A stretch of 64,000 nt of DNA from an uncultured Chromatiaceae bacterium (GTDB lineage Bacteria; Pseudomonadota; Gammaproteobacteria; Tenderiales; Tenderiaceae): NCBI GenBank assembly GCA_947085765.1, contig CAMTXZ010000004.1, positions 17,662-81,661 on the forward strand, read 5' to 3'. The notes under the pieces are model-generated. The model saw nothing but the letters and a program-made list of their open reading frames with translations, was not told the DNA's origin and searched no databases. The position numbers and the translations under genes were made by a program. Below, piece after piece: positions 31,272 to 40,855 of the stretch. Position 1 is the stretch's first letter, and each line of letters starts with the position of its first letter.

Positions 31272-33947
31272 TTACAACGTTTTACCCTCAGAGTACCTCA
31301 CGCTGGCCGCTGGTATGGTACTGCTCATACCATGATCAGTGAAGGTGGGTAACAACGTGCTACCTGCATCCACATCAAGCGCACTGCCCAGGGTCACATC
31401 CGGTGCACCTGTTGCTGGCTGAGCCACCTCCGCCAGGAAGATACTCACCTGCAGGGGTTTGATGTAATAAACCACACCATTACTGTCGGTCACTTGTGTG
31501 CCAGCGGCAATGTTGATGACCTTCTGCGACAGGGCGGAACTCATCGTCCAGTCATTTTTTTGCAGATCCTTGTAGAGATCCGGCATACCGTGCATCCAAC
31601 CATCAAACTGTAGCGCCAAGGTTTTGGAAACACCGCTCTGATAACTGTAGGCGTAAGACTGGGCTGTCAGACTAATCGGATCAGACAACAATTTGTACTG
31701 ACTGTTGGCGTCAATCAGATACTGCTGAGTACCCCAGCCACCATTGTCCGAGTACTCCCAATTAAACTGTACGGGGCGAGTGCTGCCGGTTGGCACACCA
31801 AACCCATTAACACCTACCACCGTACCACTTGCATCCAACGGTTGATTTGCATCATTAAATGCCTGCAAACCCCACTCACCTGAGGTATACACCAAACCGG
31901 TATCATCACCATTGGTGCTCGGGTCATCCGCCTTATAGACCAGCTTCATAAAGGTAGCGGTATTGGCTGAATTGGTATCCAGCATCAATTTCACTTCAGG
32001 CCGCCATGGTGTACCCAGGTGGTCCGTTCCTGTTGGCAGGAATGAGGTTATATTCGAAGGGTTGACCGTCGATTGCAGCTCCAGTTGCACCTCATAATCG
32101 GCCGCAACGTTGTTTACCGCAATGCGGCGCACGGCATAGTTAACACCATTACTGTTGATGTAATACTCCCGTCCCTGTTCGGGGGTGAAATTGGTATCAC
32201 CAGCAGCATCAAAGGTCGGCGTCCAGCTTTGCTGATCAAATGAGGTCAGCTTCTTCTGCACCCAGCCAGTCTTGCCAGAGGTGAAATCACCTGTGTACTG
32301 GATATAGGTTGAACCACCGATGTCGACCCAGAGCTGCTCACCATTGGAGCCCGTATAAAGAGTGCCACCACTGGTAGTAGTCAAACCATTTTGCCCCTGC
32401 ATGGCTGGATAGAAACCAGCCGTGGTGAAGTTCGCTGTGCCATCTGCAGCGGCGAGGTAGACATAGTTCAAGGAAGTTTGATTGACGTTATCCCAGCGAC
32501 CAATATTGACCGACTTACGGGTATCGCCTTTCAACTCACCCCATTTATTAAATGCTACCAGCGGACCGGCAATATTGGTTTGGAACGATACACATCTGGA
32601 AGAGAGCGCGGCATTAAAATCGACCCAACCGCCTTCACACGTCACCCAGGCGCCATTGTCATTAAACAGTTCAAAACGTTTATTGGTGAAGGTCTCCACC
32701 GCAATATCCTTGATGTCATCCGGACTGCCAGCCACCAGGGCACGCTTGGTGAACGAGCCGTTAAATGTAGGGGAGACGGTAAACTGCTCCGGCGTGGCAC
32801 CGGCAGCAAAATCTTCGCGTGTCACCACCTTGCCTGCTGGCACACCGCCCTGACCACCGCCCCAAAGCTGATGGCGCCCCTGCCAGGCGCCATAATAGGC
32901 GTGCTGGGTAGCACCATTACCATCCACATAGGAGACTGGGGAACCAAACGATTTGTGTTTCTGCACATTATCGCCAGCGGCAATACCCGTGGCGGCGTTG
33001 GCGTAGAAGAGGCCGTAACGATGAGTCATCTCAACTTCACTATTGCGGTCTTTATAAACCGGGCCACTACCGTCGTCCACCACCAGATAAGCGGCGTTAT
33101 AAGCGTAAGAAGCGGCCTTGGTGGCCGGGACACAGTTCTGGCTCTGGCAACTGCTGTTATCGGGATATTCAACCTTGCCGTAACCGGAATTGCCGGTACG
33201 GTAAAGTACGGCACGGGAGAACCAATCCCCTTCGTCCTCATTGATCTTCAGCTCTGGCATACCGTTATTACTGCGTGAAGTGGCGACAAAAAACTTGCTG
33301 GCGTCAGCACCAAAGGCGACATTCAGATCCCACTCACCATAACTCGATACCGTGCCATCACTAGCAAAGGTGGCGCCGCTGTAGATCTTGAACTCAGCAC
33401 GAATGACTTTTTTCTGACCGGGGGTGTCTCTATCCTCCTCCTCAATCCACGCCTGCACTTTATTAAACTCAGCGGTGCTGCCATCAGGATGCAAACCAGT
33501 CACAAGTTCCGACTTAATGACCCAGGGCTGAAGCTGTTTCACTGAGATGCCATTATTATCATCTTCCCAGGCCACCATCGCCTTATAAGCAACACCATCC
33601 TGGTTGGCGGCGTCGTTATAATGAGTTTGGGACAGGGCACTCATCACCTGTTCAATGATAGAGAACTGCTCCAGGGCATGTTCTTCCACATATTTTGAGG
33701 TCGCCGCCTTGTTGTAATCTGAACTCGAACCAAGATCTGCCGCAGCACGATCCAAGCGCCCCAACAATGACGCACCACGCAATGAAGCCGCCGTTGAAGT
33801 AGCCGCAGGCACCGCAGAAATCTCTGTAGGCAGTGTATAAGAACGAGTTGTAGCGCCAGATGTGGAGGCACTATCGCCACCACCGCAACCGGCCAGCGCC
33901 AATGCCACACCCGCCGTTACTGCCTTGAGTAGAAACTTTTGACTCAT
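31272..33947 (-). CDS. Large lipoprotein of unknown function
   Basis: The start was set to ATG 33947: MSQKFLLKAVTAGVALALAGCGGGDSAS is a textbook signal II peptide with lipobox LAGC. The ~870-aa mature part is Gly/Asn/Thr/Tyr/Trp-rich and beta-type, with two Cys pairs (CQSQNC, CEGGW..SSRC). I recognise no family. Confidence 0.8.
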   Translation of the reverse strand: MSQKFLLKAVTAGVALALAGCGGGDSASTSGATTRSYTLPTEISAVPAATSTAASLRGASLLGRLDRAAADLGSSSDYNKAATSKYVEEHALEQFSIIEQVMSALSQTHYNDAANQDGVAYKAMVAWEDDNNGISVKQLQPWVIKSELVTGLHPDGSTAEFNKVQAWIEEEDRDTPGQKKVIRAEFKIYSGATFASDGTVSSYGEWDLNVAFGADASKFFVATSRSNNGMPELKINEDEGDWFSRAVLYRTGNSGYGKVEYPDNSSCQSQNCVPATKAASYAYNAAYLVVDDGSGPVYKDRNSEVEMTHRYGLFYANAATGIAAGDNVQKHKSFGSPVSYVDGNGATQHAYYGAWQGRHQLWGGGQGGVPAGKVVTREDFAAGATPEQFTVSPTFNGSFTKRALVAGSPDDIKDIAVETFTNKRFELFNDNGAWVTCEGGWVDFNAALSSRCVSFQTNIAGPLVAFNKWGELKGDTRKSVNIGRWDNVNQTSLNYVYLAAADGTANFTTAGFYPAMQGQNGLTTTSGGTLYTGSNGEQLWVDIGGSTYIQYTGDFTSGKTGWVQKKLTSFDQQSWTPTFDAAGDTNFTPEQGREYYINSNGVNYAVRRIAVNNVAADYEVQLELQSTVNPSNITSFLPTGTDHLGTPWRPEVKLMLDTNSANTATFMKLVYKADDPSTNGDDTGLVYTSGEWGLQAFNDANQPLDASGTVVGVNGFGVPTGSTRPVQFNWEYSDNGGWGTQQYLIDANSQYKLLSDPISLTAQSYAYSYQSGVSKTLALQFDGWMHGMPDLYKDLQKNDWTMSSALSQKVINIAAGTQVTDSNGVVYYIKPLQVSIFLAEVAQPATGAPDVTLGSALDVDAGSTLLPTFTDHGMSSTIPAASVRYSEGKTL

Positions 33948-34237
33948 CGTGTCACCTTGTCTGACTGTGTTGACGATCATCATCGCCATGGGAAATCCGG
34001 ACTGAACAATTCAAAAGATCAGCTGAATGTTTTTATCGACAGCCAGACAGGAATCGTTGTGGGGTATTTATGTGAACTGCGTCACAATTTCAGATACTCG
34101 CCACTGGACATGATCGCAATCCACCCTGGGTATAAATTTTTATGAATTACACACCAAGCAGTTCACGCCGTTACTGGAGCCACTCTAAAAAACTCATTTA
34201 ATGGCAATAAAAGACAATGTCGTTAGAATGTCCCCCC

Positions 34238-35380
34238 ATGAGAGTAGAAATTATCAAGCAACTGGATGATATTGAACCGCTGGCATGGAACCGTCTTAGC
34301 CAGGGCAACAATCCGTTCCTGAAACATGAATTCCTTGTGGCGCTGGAGCGACACAACTGCGTCGGCGGCAAAAGTGGCTGGTTGCCCCATCACATTGTGG
34401 TTTTTTCCGAATCCGGCACGCTGCTGGGGGCCGCCCCGCTCTACCTCAAATACAACTCTTACGGTGAGTTTGTCTTTGACTGGTCCTGGGCCGAGGCCTA
34501 TCAACGCCACGGCCTCGACTACTACCCCAAACTGGTTGGCACCATTCCCTTCACCCCCATGACTGGTGAGCGACTGCTGATCGCTGACGATGCCGATCAA
34601 AACGCAGTACGCGCAGCAATCATCAATGCCACCATTGAAACAGCACAAAGCTGCAACGTCTCGTCAGTGCACTGGCTCTTCACCACCGTTGCCGAAAAAG
34701 AGTGGCTACAGCAGCACGGGCTGGCAATACGGCTTGACTGCCAATACCACTGGCACAATCGCAATTATAAAAATTTTGCTGATTATCTGGACCATTTCAG
34801 CTCACGCAAACGCAAAAACATCCTCAAGGAGCGGCGTCAGGTACAGGAGGCGGGAGTCACTTTTCGTATTGTGCATGGTCCCGACATCAGCGCTGATGAG
34901 TGGAGCCTCTTTCATCACTACTACTGCGCCATCTATGACCGCAAATGGGGTGTTCCCAGCTTAACGTTAGGTTTTTTTGAGGAGATTGGCCAGACACTCG
35001 GCGAACAGGTGGTGTTGGTGTTGGCCTATCAACAGGGCGAGTGTATTGCTGCGGCGCTGAATCTGCGCAGTGACGATACACTCTATGGCCGCCACTGGGG
35101 CTGTCGTGACCAGATCCCGGCCCTCCATTTTGAGGCCTGCTATTACCAGGGGCTGGAATACTGCATCGAACACGGCCTGAAATGTTTTGAACCCGGCACC
35201 CAAGGAGAACACAAGATCGCCCGTGGCTTCCTGCCCAGCGCCACCTGGTCAGCTCACTGGATCGCCCATCCCGAATTTCGCCGTGCCATTGAAGAGTTCA
35301 CACTTGCCGAGCAGATAGAGATCGAGAAACGGATGGCGGCGCTGCAACAGCTCTCCCCCTTCCGTAGCGATGTGGCTTAG
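34238..35380 (+). CDS. FemAB-like / DUF482 family GNAT-fold acyltransferase
   Basis: MRVEIIKQLDDIEPLAWNRL..NPFLKHEFLVALE..GWLPHHIV, YGEFVFDW, YYPKL..IPFTP, KRKNILKERR and HFEACYYQGLEYCIEHGL..FEPG.QGEHKI.RGF match what I recall of the PF04339 (peptidoglycan biosynthesis/recognition, FemAB-like) family. ATG 34238 is preferred over 34217. Confidence 0.7.
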   Translation: MRVEIIKQLDDIEPLAWNRLSQGNNPFLKHEFLVALERHNCVGGKSGWLPHHIVVFSESGTLLGAAPLYLKYNSYGEFVFDWSWAEAYQRHGLDYYPKLVGTIPFTPMTGERLLIADDADQNAVRAAIINATIETAQSCNVSSVHWLFTTVAEKEWLQQHGLAIRLDCQYHWHNRNYKNFADYLDHFSSRKRKNILKERRQVQEAGVTFRIVHGPDISADEWSLFHHYYCAIYDRKWGVPSLTLGFFEEIGQTLGEQVVLVLAYQQGECIAAALNLRSDDTLYGRHWGCRDQIPALHFEACYYQGLEYCIEHGLKCFEPGTQGEHKIARGFLPSATWSAHWIAHPEFRRAIEEFTLAEQIEIEKRMAALQQLSPFRSDVA

Positions 35381-35410
35381 AATAACGCTCCCTCTTATTC
35401 GGTTCAGATC

Positions 35411-36253
35411 ATGTTTGGTTATCGCCACAACTTCCACGCCGGCAACTATGCCGATGTTGTCAAACACGTAGTCCTTATCAGCCTGTTGCAGGCGCTCCAG
35501 CAGAAGCCAAAACCGTTCTATCTGCAAGATAGCCATGGCGGCATTGGTAGATACGACCTGATGAGTGATGAGGCGCAGAAAAATGGCGAATATCTGAGCG
35601 GCATCAGCCGCCTCTGGCAGGCACAAAACCCACCCGTCGCCGTGCAAAAATATCTGGAGGTCGTGCGCTCCTTTAATAGTGACGGTGAGCTGCGTTACTA
35701 CCCCGGTTCACCACGACTGGGGCGTGCGCTACTGCGGGAAAACGATCGCATGGTGATCACTGAGCTGAACAAGGTTGATTGTGAAACCTTGAGACATGAG
35801 TTCAAAGGCGACCGCCAAGTGATGGTTCAGCTACAGGATGGCTATCAGGGCATCAAGGCCTATCTGCCGCCAGCCGAACGGCGCGGCCTGGTATTGATCG
35901 ACCCGGCCTATGAACTGAAAGATGAGTATGAACGGCTGATCCGTGGCCTGCAAAAAGGTTACCGACGCTGGCCGACCGGCATCTACGCCATCTGGTATCC
36001 GTTGATGAGCAGCACGATTCGCGAGGGGTTTTTCACTGCGTTAAAAGAGACGGGCATCCGCAAAATCCTCGCCGCCGAGCTGACCATCAAACCACTTCAG
36101 GCGGAGAAAGAGATGTGTGGCAGCGGCATGATCATCATCAATGCCCCGTGGCAACTGGACCAGCAACTCAAGAACGAACTTGAGTGGCTCTGGCCGCTGC
36201 TGAGTGATACACAGGAAGGGGGCGTAAACGTGGAGTGGCTGGTGCCCGAATAA
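35411..36253 (+). CDS. rlmJ: 23S rRNA (adenine2030-N6)-methyltransferase
   Basis: MFGYRHNFHAGNYADVVKHVVL, YPGSP, LIDPAYE and IWYP are RlmJ (YhiR) signatures; 280 aa. Confidence 0.9.
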   Translation: MFGYRHNFHAGNYADVVKHVVLISLLQALQQKPKPFYLQDSHGGIGRYDLMSDEAQKNGEYLSGISRLWQAQNPPVAVQKYLEVVRSFNSDGELRYYPGSPRLGRALLRENDRMVITELNKVDCETLRHEFKGDRQVMVQLQDGYQGIKAYLPPAERRGLVLIDPAYELKDEYERLIRGLQKGYRRWPTGIYAIWYPLMSSTIREGFFTALKETGIRKILAAELTIKPLQAEKEMCGSGMIIINAPWQLDQQLKNELEWLWPLLSDTQEGGVNVEWLVPE

Positions 36254-36261
36254 AGTCTGGT

Positions 36262-37746
36262 TTAACTCCGACCATAGAGCGCCATCAACGCCTTGAGTTT
36301 GGGCGCCAACTCATCATCAAGCTGAGACCACTCAAAACGCCAGCGCCAGTTGCCCTCTGAAGTACCCGGGGTATTCATACGATGTTCGCTGCCCAGCTCC
36401 AGCAGATCCTGCATCGGCAGGATGGTCAGACGGGCAACGGAGGCCAAGGTCGAACGGATCATGGGCCAGGGCATCGCCTCCTGCGGCATGCCGAGATAGC
36501 TTTGCACATGTTGCTGCACCGCCTGCGGCAGCGCCTGATACCAGCCGAGGCTGGTATCGTTGTCATGGGTGCCGGTGTAGACCACGCTGTCAATTGTCTG
36601 GTTATGTGGCAGATAGGGATTGCTGGCATCACCGCCAAAGGCAAACTGCAATATCTTCATGCCCGGCAGATTATATTTTTGGCGCAGGTCATCAACCTCA
36701 ATAGTGATAATGCCCAGATCCTCGGCCACCAGCGGCAATGGATCAAACACCTCATGCAGCGCATCAAACAGCTCATCGCCGGGCGCCTTGACCCAGCGGC
36801 CATTCATCGCGGTCTCTTCATGAGCCGGGATCTCCCAGTAGGCTTCAAAGCCACGGAAGTGATCGATGCGGACCCAGTCAAACATCTCCAGCTGAGCGGC
36901 AATGCGCTGTTTCCACCAACTGAAACCGTCAGTCCTCATCTGGTCCCAGTTATAGTGCGGGTTGCCCCAACGCTGCCCGGTCGCAGAGAAGTAATCGGGT
37001 GGCACACCTGCCACCACTTGGGCCTTGCCCTGCTCATCAAGCATAAAGAGTTCACGATTGGCCCAGACCTCAGCACTATCATGGGCGACAAAGATCGGCA
37101 TATCGCCAAACAGCAATACGTTGCGTTGACGGGCGTAGTCCCGCAGCTGATGCCATTGACGGAAGAAGGCAAACTGTTCGAAACGGACAAAATTCAGCTC
37201 ATCTTTCAGGGCTTCACCAATCTTTGCCAGCGCTGCATCATCATAGTCACGCAGCTCCGCTGGCCACTCCAGCCAGTGACCGTTTCCCTGAGACTGGCGA
37301 ATCGCCTGGAACAGGGCGTAATCCTCTAACCAGCCACTATGTGCGGCAATAAAATGGCCAAACTCCGCCCTGAGAGCCTCATCCGCCGCCGCCTGCTGCA
37401 TAAACCCCTGATAGGCCAATTGCAACCTGCCACGGCGATACTGAACAAAATCCTCTGGTTCGGTCTCATCAGACGCCTGCAGCCAACCCCACTCCTGTAA
37501 CCGACTCAGGCTAATCAGCAGTGGGTTGCCGGCATGAACAGAGAGCCCCTGATAGGGTGAGTGATCACCATGGGTAGGCACCAACGGCAAGACCTGCCAG
37601 ACCGTGATGCCGCTGGCGGCAAGGAAGTCGACAAAACGATAGGCATCAGCACCGAGGTCACCACACCCCGCCCCACCGGGTAGCGAGCTGGGATGGAGCA
37701 GTACACCACTACGGCGACGGGTTAACGGGGTATCAGCGGGCACCAC
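36262..37746 (-). CDS. malQ: 4-alpha-glucanotransferase (amylomaltase)
   Basis: RRSGVLLHPSSLPG, SPYQGLS, GDMPIFVAHDSAEVW, GVPPDYFS..GQRWGNP, VRIDHFRGF, AEDLG and YTGTHDNDT are GH77 motifs. The GTG start overlaps the upstream stop by 1 nt (TAGTG). Confidence 0.93.
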   Translation of the reverse strand: MVPADTPLTRRRSGVLLHPSSLPGGAGCGDLGADAYRFVDFLAASGITVWQVLPLVPTHGDHSPYQGLSVHAGNPLLISLSRLQEWGWLQASDETEPEDFVQYRRGRLQLAYQGFMQQAAADEALRAEFGHFIAAHSGWLEDYALFQAIRQSQGNGHWLEWPAELRDYDDAALAKIGEALKDELNFVRFEQFAFFRQWHQLRDYARQRNVLLFGDMPIFVAHDSAEVWANRELFMLDEQGKAQVVAGVPPDYFSATGQRWGNPHYNWDQMRTDGFSWWKQRIAAQLEMFDWVRIDHFRGFEAYWEIPAHEETAMNGRWVKAPGDELFDALHEVFDPLPLVAEDLGIITIEVDDLRQKYNLPGMKILQFAFGGDASNPYLPHNQTIDSVVYTGTHDNDTSLGWYQALPQAVQQHVQSYLGMPQEAMPWPMIRSTLASVARLTILPMQDLLELGSEHRMNTPGTSEGNWRWRFEWSQLDDELAPKLKALMALYGRS

Positions 37747-39458
37747 TAAGTTTCCCGTCCCGGACGCATAACACCACCAGCATCAGGATTGCCACCACCA
37801 TGGGTAAAGGAGTGCGCGAGATACTCTGGCGGTTCTACGCCGAGCATTTCATAGAGCGTATTCAATTGCAGGCGATAAAGTCGTTCAAAATCTTTCACTG
37901 CATCAGAGGGGTTATAGTCTCCAAACCACCAGAACCAATCAGACCCCTCGCAGATCGCCAGCTGGCGCTCCAGCGCCTGCAACTGCTCACCGCTCCATTT
38001 CTCGGGTTTGACCACCTGATCGTAAACCCGCTTGGCATCGACCAACATATCCCAACCGCGGTTTTTATCTTCGCCGCCAATCCAGGTGGAGAAGCTGCCA
38101 TAGACCCAACTGCCTGCCACAATATGCGGTAGCGAGGGTGACGGCGCTTGCTGCTGCCGCAACACCTCACTGAAGGTGGTGAGTTCCAATCCAGGGTGAT
38201 CAGCCAGCCGCTCGTAGAGGGCGCTGAGAAAATAGTAACCATTCTCCGGGTAGTACTCCCAGGCGTTCTCACCATCAAGAATAATAGAGACCACCGCATC
38301 AGGTTTGTCGGCATTAGCAACAGCAATGTTCTCCAGATGCTGCACAAAATCACCCACCGCATCGTCAGCATGCCACTTGGAATAGACAAAACCGACCAGA
38401 TCGGAGAGCCCATCGTCACGAAAAAAACAGGCAATCTGCTGTTCAGCGGGTCGATAGGATTGATGAACAACCTGCTCCTCGCGTAACTCAGCGGGGGTCT
38501 GCGGCAGATTGAGGCTGTTGCGCAGCACACTCTCGCCACTGGCGGCCCAACGGAAACCATATTTATCCATCAGTGCCAGAGTCGCCATGCTCATTGCACC
38601 CTCTGACGGCCAGCACCCCTCTGGCTTCATACCAAAGTAATGCTCATAGGTTTCAATGCCTTTTTTGATATGCCATTCGGAACGCTCCAGGCCACCCGGG
38701 TAGTGGTCTGCCAACGGCAGCTTAACGTCCGGCATCGCCTCACGTGCGCTACCGATATCAAGTAGCAGCGGCACTATCGGATGGGCATAGGGTGTCACCG
38801 ACAGCTCCACACGCCCCTCTTCAGCAAGGCGACGGTAACGGCCGATCACACCGCTCAGGAGTTCGGAGATGAGCTCCAGCAACAGACGTCGATCATGCAT
38901 AGTGAAACAGCTGCCCTTGGCAATCAGCGCCTGGGCACGAGCATCACTACGACGCACCGTCTCACCCAGCCAGGCCAGGTGGTACCAGGTCACAAGGTCG
39001 GCCAGATATTGGCTATTGATGTAGGTCCACTCATCAGCGCGCAACTCCAGACGCGACGCCATATCCACCAGCCGCTGGTAATTGGGGAAACGGTGAATAA
39101 TGGTTTTTTCGTTGGCGCGCAAACAGGACTTGATCAACTGTGCACGCCCTTCATCATCCTGCGGCAAAGCTGGACTCACCAGGGCCGCTAACAGAGGGTC
39201 CGTGATAACAGCCCCCTCCTTAAGAAAACGTTCTACTTGATGGCTATAGTCATCCAGCTGCTCCAGCAGGATAGGGGCAAAATTGACAACCGCCTTGGCA
39301 CCTGGCACCGCTTCCAGATGAGCGGCCATATCAACATAGTCTTTGATGCCATGCAGGTAGGTCCAGGGCAGGTGATACTCTCCCGCAGCCGGATCAAAAT
39401 AGTTGGGCTGATGCATATGCCAACAGAGCACCACCTTTAAACGAGCATTATCTGACAT
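37746..39458 (-). CDS. Glycoside hydrolase family 57 protein (alpha-glucan-active, exact activity unknown)
   Basis: [46 protein letters not shown] and SDWFWWFGD are GH57-type conserved regions. It lies between glgC and malQ and overlaps the glgC stop by 11 nt. Confidence 0.8.
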   Translation of the reverse strand: MSDNARLKVVLCWHMHQPNYFDPAAGEYHLPWTYLHGIKDYVDMAAHLEAVPGAKAVVNFAPILLEQLDDYSHQVERFLKEGAVITDPLLAALVSPALPQDDEGRAQLIKSCLRANEKTIIHRFPNYQRLVDMASRLELRADEWTYINSQYLADLVTWYHLAWLGETVRRSDARAQALIAKGSCFTMHDRRLLLELISELLSGVIGRYRRLAEEGRVELSVTPYAHPIVPLLLDIGSAREAMPDVKLPLADHYPGGLERSEWHIKKGIETYEHYFGMKPEGCWPSEGAMSMATLALMDKYGFRWAASGESVLRNSLNLPQTPAELREEQVVHQSYRPAEQQIACFFRDDGLSDLVGFVYSKWHADDAVGDFVQHLENIAVANADKPDAVVSIILDGENAWEYYPENGYYFLSALYERLADHPGLELTTFSEVLRQQQAPSPSLPHIVAGSWVYGSFSTWIGGEDKNRGWDMLVDAKRVYDQVVKPEKWSGEQLQALERQLAICEGSDWFWWFGDYNPSDAVKDFERLYRLQLNTLYEMLGVEPPEYLAHSFTHGGGNPDAGGVMRPGRET

Positions 39459-40713
39459 AGTGCAACTCTTGTCCTAGCATCTCTGGTGAGACCAATACCA
39501 CACCACCTTCCGAGACATGGAAGCGTTCAGCATCAGCTTTAGGATCCTCCCCTATCACCATACCGGAAGGTATCTTGCAGCCCTTATCAATCACCGCTTT
39601 AGTAATACGGCAGTTACGTCCAATCTCAACACCAGGCAGCACAATAGTCTCTTCCAGCTTGGTGAACGAATGGACCCGCACATTGGAGAAGAGCAAGGAA
39701 CGACGCACTGTCGCCCCTGAAATCAGACAGCCACCCGACACCATTGAATCAATCGCCTGACCACGACGCCCCTCATCATCGAAGATAAATTTCGCGGGTG
39801 GCAACTGTTCTTGATGGGTCCAAATAGGCCAGTGAGCATCATACAGATTCAACTCTGGCGTCACCGAAACCAGCTCCATGTTAGCCTCCCAGAAAGCATC
39901 CACTGTCCCAACATCACGCCAGTAGCTCTGCTGCCCAGTCTGCACATCACGGAAAGGATAGGAGAAGACACGATAGTTCTTGATCACATCGGGGATGATG
40001 TTCTTACCAAAATCATGATCAGATGTCGTGGTATCGGCATCATTAATCAGTCGCTCATAAAGAAAGTCTGTATTGAAAATATAGATCCCCATGGAAGCCA
40101 GGGCCGTCTCTGGTTTGCCTGGCGCAGCTTGCGGCTGACTGGGTTTTTCGTTGAAATCATTAACACGGCCACTTTCATCAACACTCATCACGCCGAAGGC
40201 TTTGGCCTCCTCCAACGTCACGTCAAGACAACCAATAGTCATATCAGCATTATTTTCAACATGGTGAGCCAACATCGGACCGTAGTCCATTTTGTAGATA
40301 TGGTCACCCGCCAGTATCAGCACATACTTGGGCTTGTGCGCACGAATGATATCGATATTCTGATAGACGGCGTCAGCAGTGCCTGCATACCAGGACTCTT
40401 CAATACGTTGCTGCGCCGGCAACAGCTCGATGAACTCACCAAACTCACCGCGAAAATATCCCCAACCCTGCTGGATATGGCGAATCAATGAATGCGATTT
40501 ATACTGCGTAAGCACACCGATGCGGCGTATGCCTGAGTTGATGCAATTAGAGAGAGGGAAATCAATAATTCTAAACTTGCCACCAAACGGCACAGCAGGC
40601 TTAACACGCCAAGTGGTCAACTGTTTAAGGCGTGTGCCACGTCCACCGGCCAGGATCAGCGCCAACGTATCACGGGTCAATCGACTAACAAAACGTGTGT
40701 CTTCCATGGTCAT
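39448..40713 (-). CDS. glgC: Glucose-1-phosphate adenylyltransferase
   Basis: [62 protein letters not shown] is near-identical in pattern to E. coli GlgC. It also has [11 protein letters not shown] and [10 protein letters not shown]; 421 aa. Confidence 0.95.
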   Translation of the reverse strand: MTMEDTRFVSRLTRDTLALILAGGRGTRLKQLTTWRVKPAVPFGGKFRIIDFPLSNCINSGIRRIGVLTQYKSHSLIRHIQQGWGYFRGEFGEFIELLPAQQRIEESWYAGTADAVYQNIDIIRAHKPKYVLILAGDHIYKMDYGPMLAHHVENNADMTIGCLDVTLEEAKAFGVMSVDESGRVNDFNEKPSQPQAAPGKPETALASMGIYIFNTDFLYERLINDADTTTSDHDFGKNIIPDVIKNYRVFSYPFRDVQTGQQSYWRDVGTVDAFWEANMELVSVTPELNLYDAHWPIWTHQEQLPPAKFIFDDEGRRGQAIDSMVSGGCLISGATVRRSLLFSNVRVHSFTKLEETIVLPGVEIGRNCRITKAVIDKGCKIPSGMVIGEDPKADAERFHVSEGGVVLVSPEMLGQELHYVR

Positions 40714-40855
40714 GCTATCACCCTATTCCATTTACAAAAGTCCCGTTGCTATAACGGCGACAACTTGACATCGGCCAGCATCCAAAAAACTTTTGTTGAG
40801 AGGACCTTATGTTATGATCTTATCCAATATCACAACTTGATCATACCCCAAATTT

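Noticed and set aside
34072-34166. 9-bp inverted repeat GTGAACTGC / GCAGTTCAC separated by 77 bp upstream of the FemAB-like gene
   Set aside because: The expected chance occurrence in a 290-bp spacer is roughly 10-20 percent, and no supporting features were found.
29741-36253. Genomic island integrated at tRNA-Leu (glgC paralog, lipoprotein, FemAB-like gene)
   Set aside because: There is no integrase, no mobility gene and no convincing direct repeat of the tRNA 3' end; only a 9-10 nt chance-level match lies inside the gene at 34238-35380. Accessory character remains possible, but an island call is unsupported.
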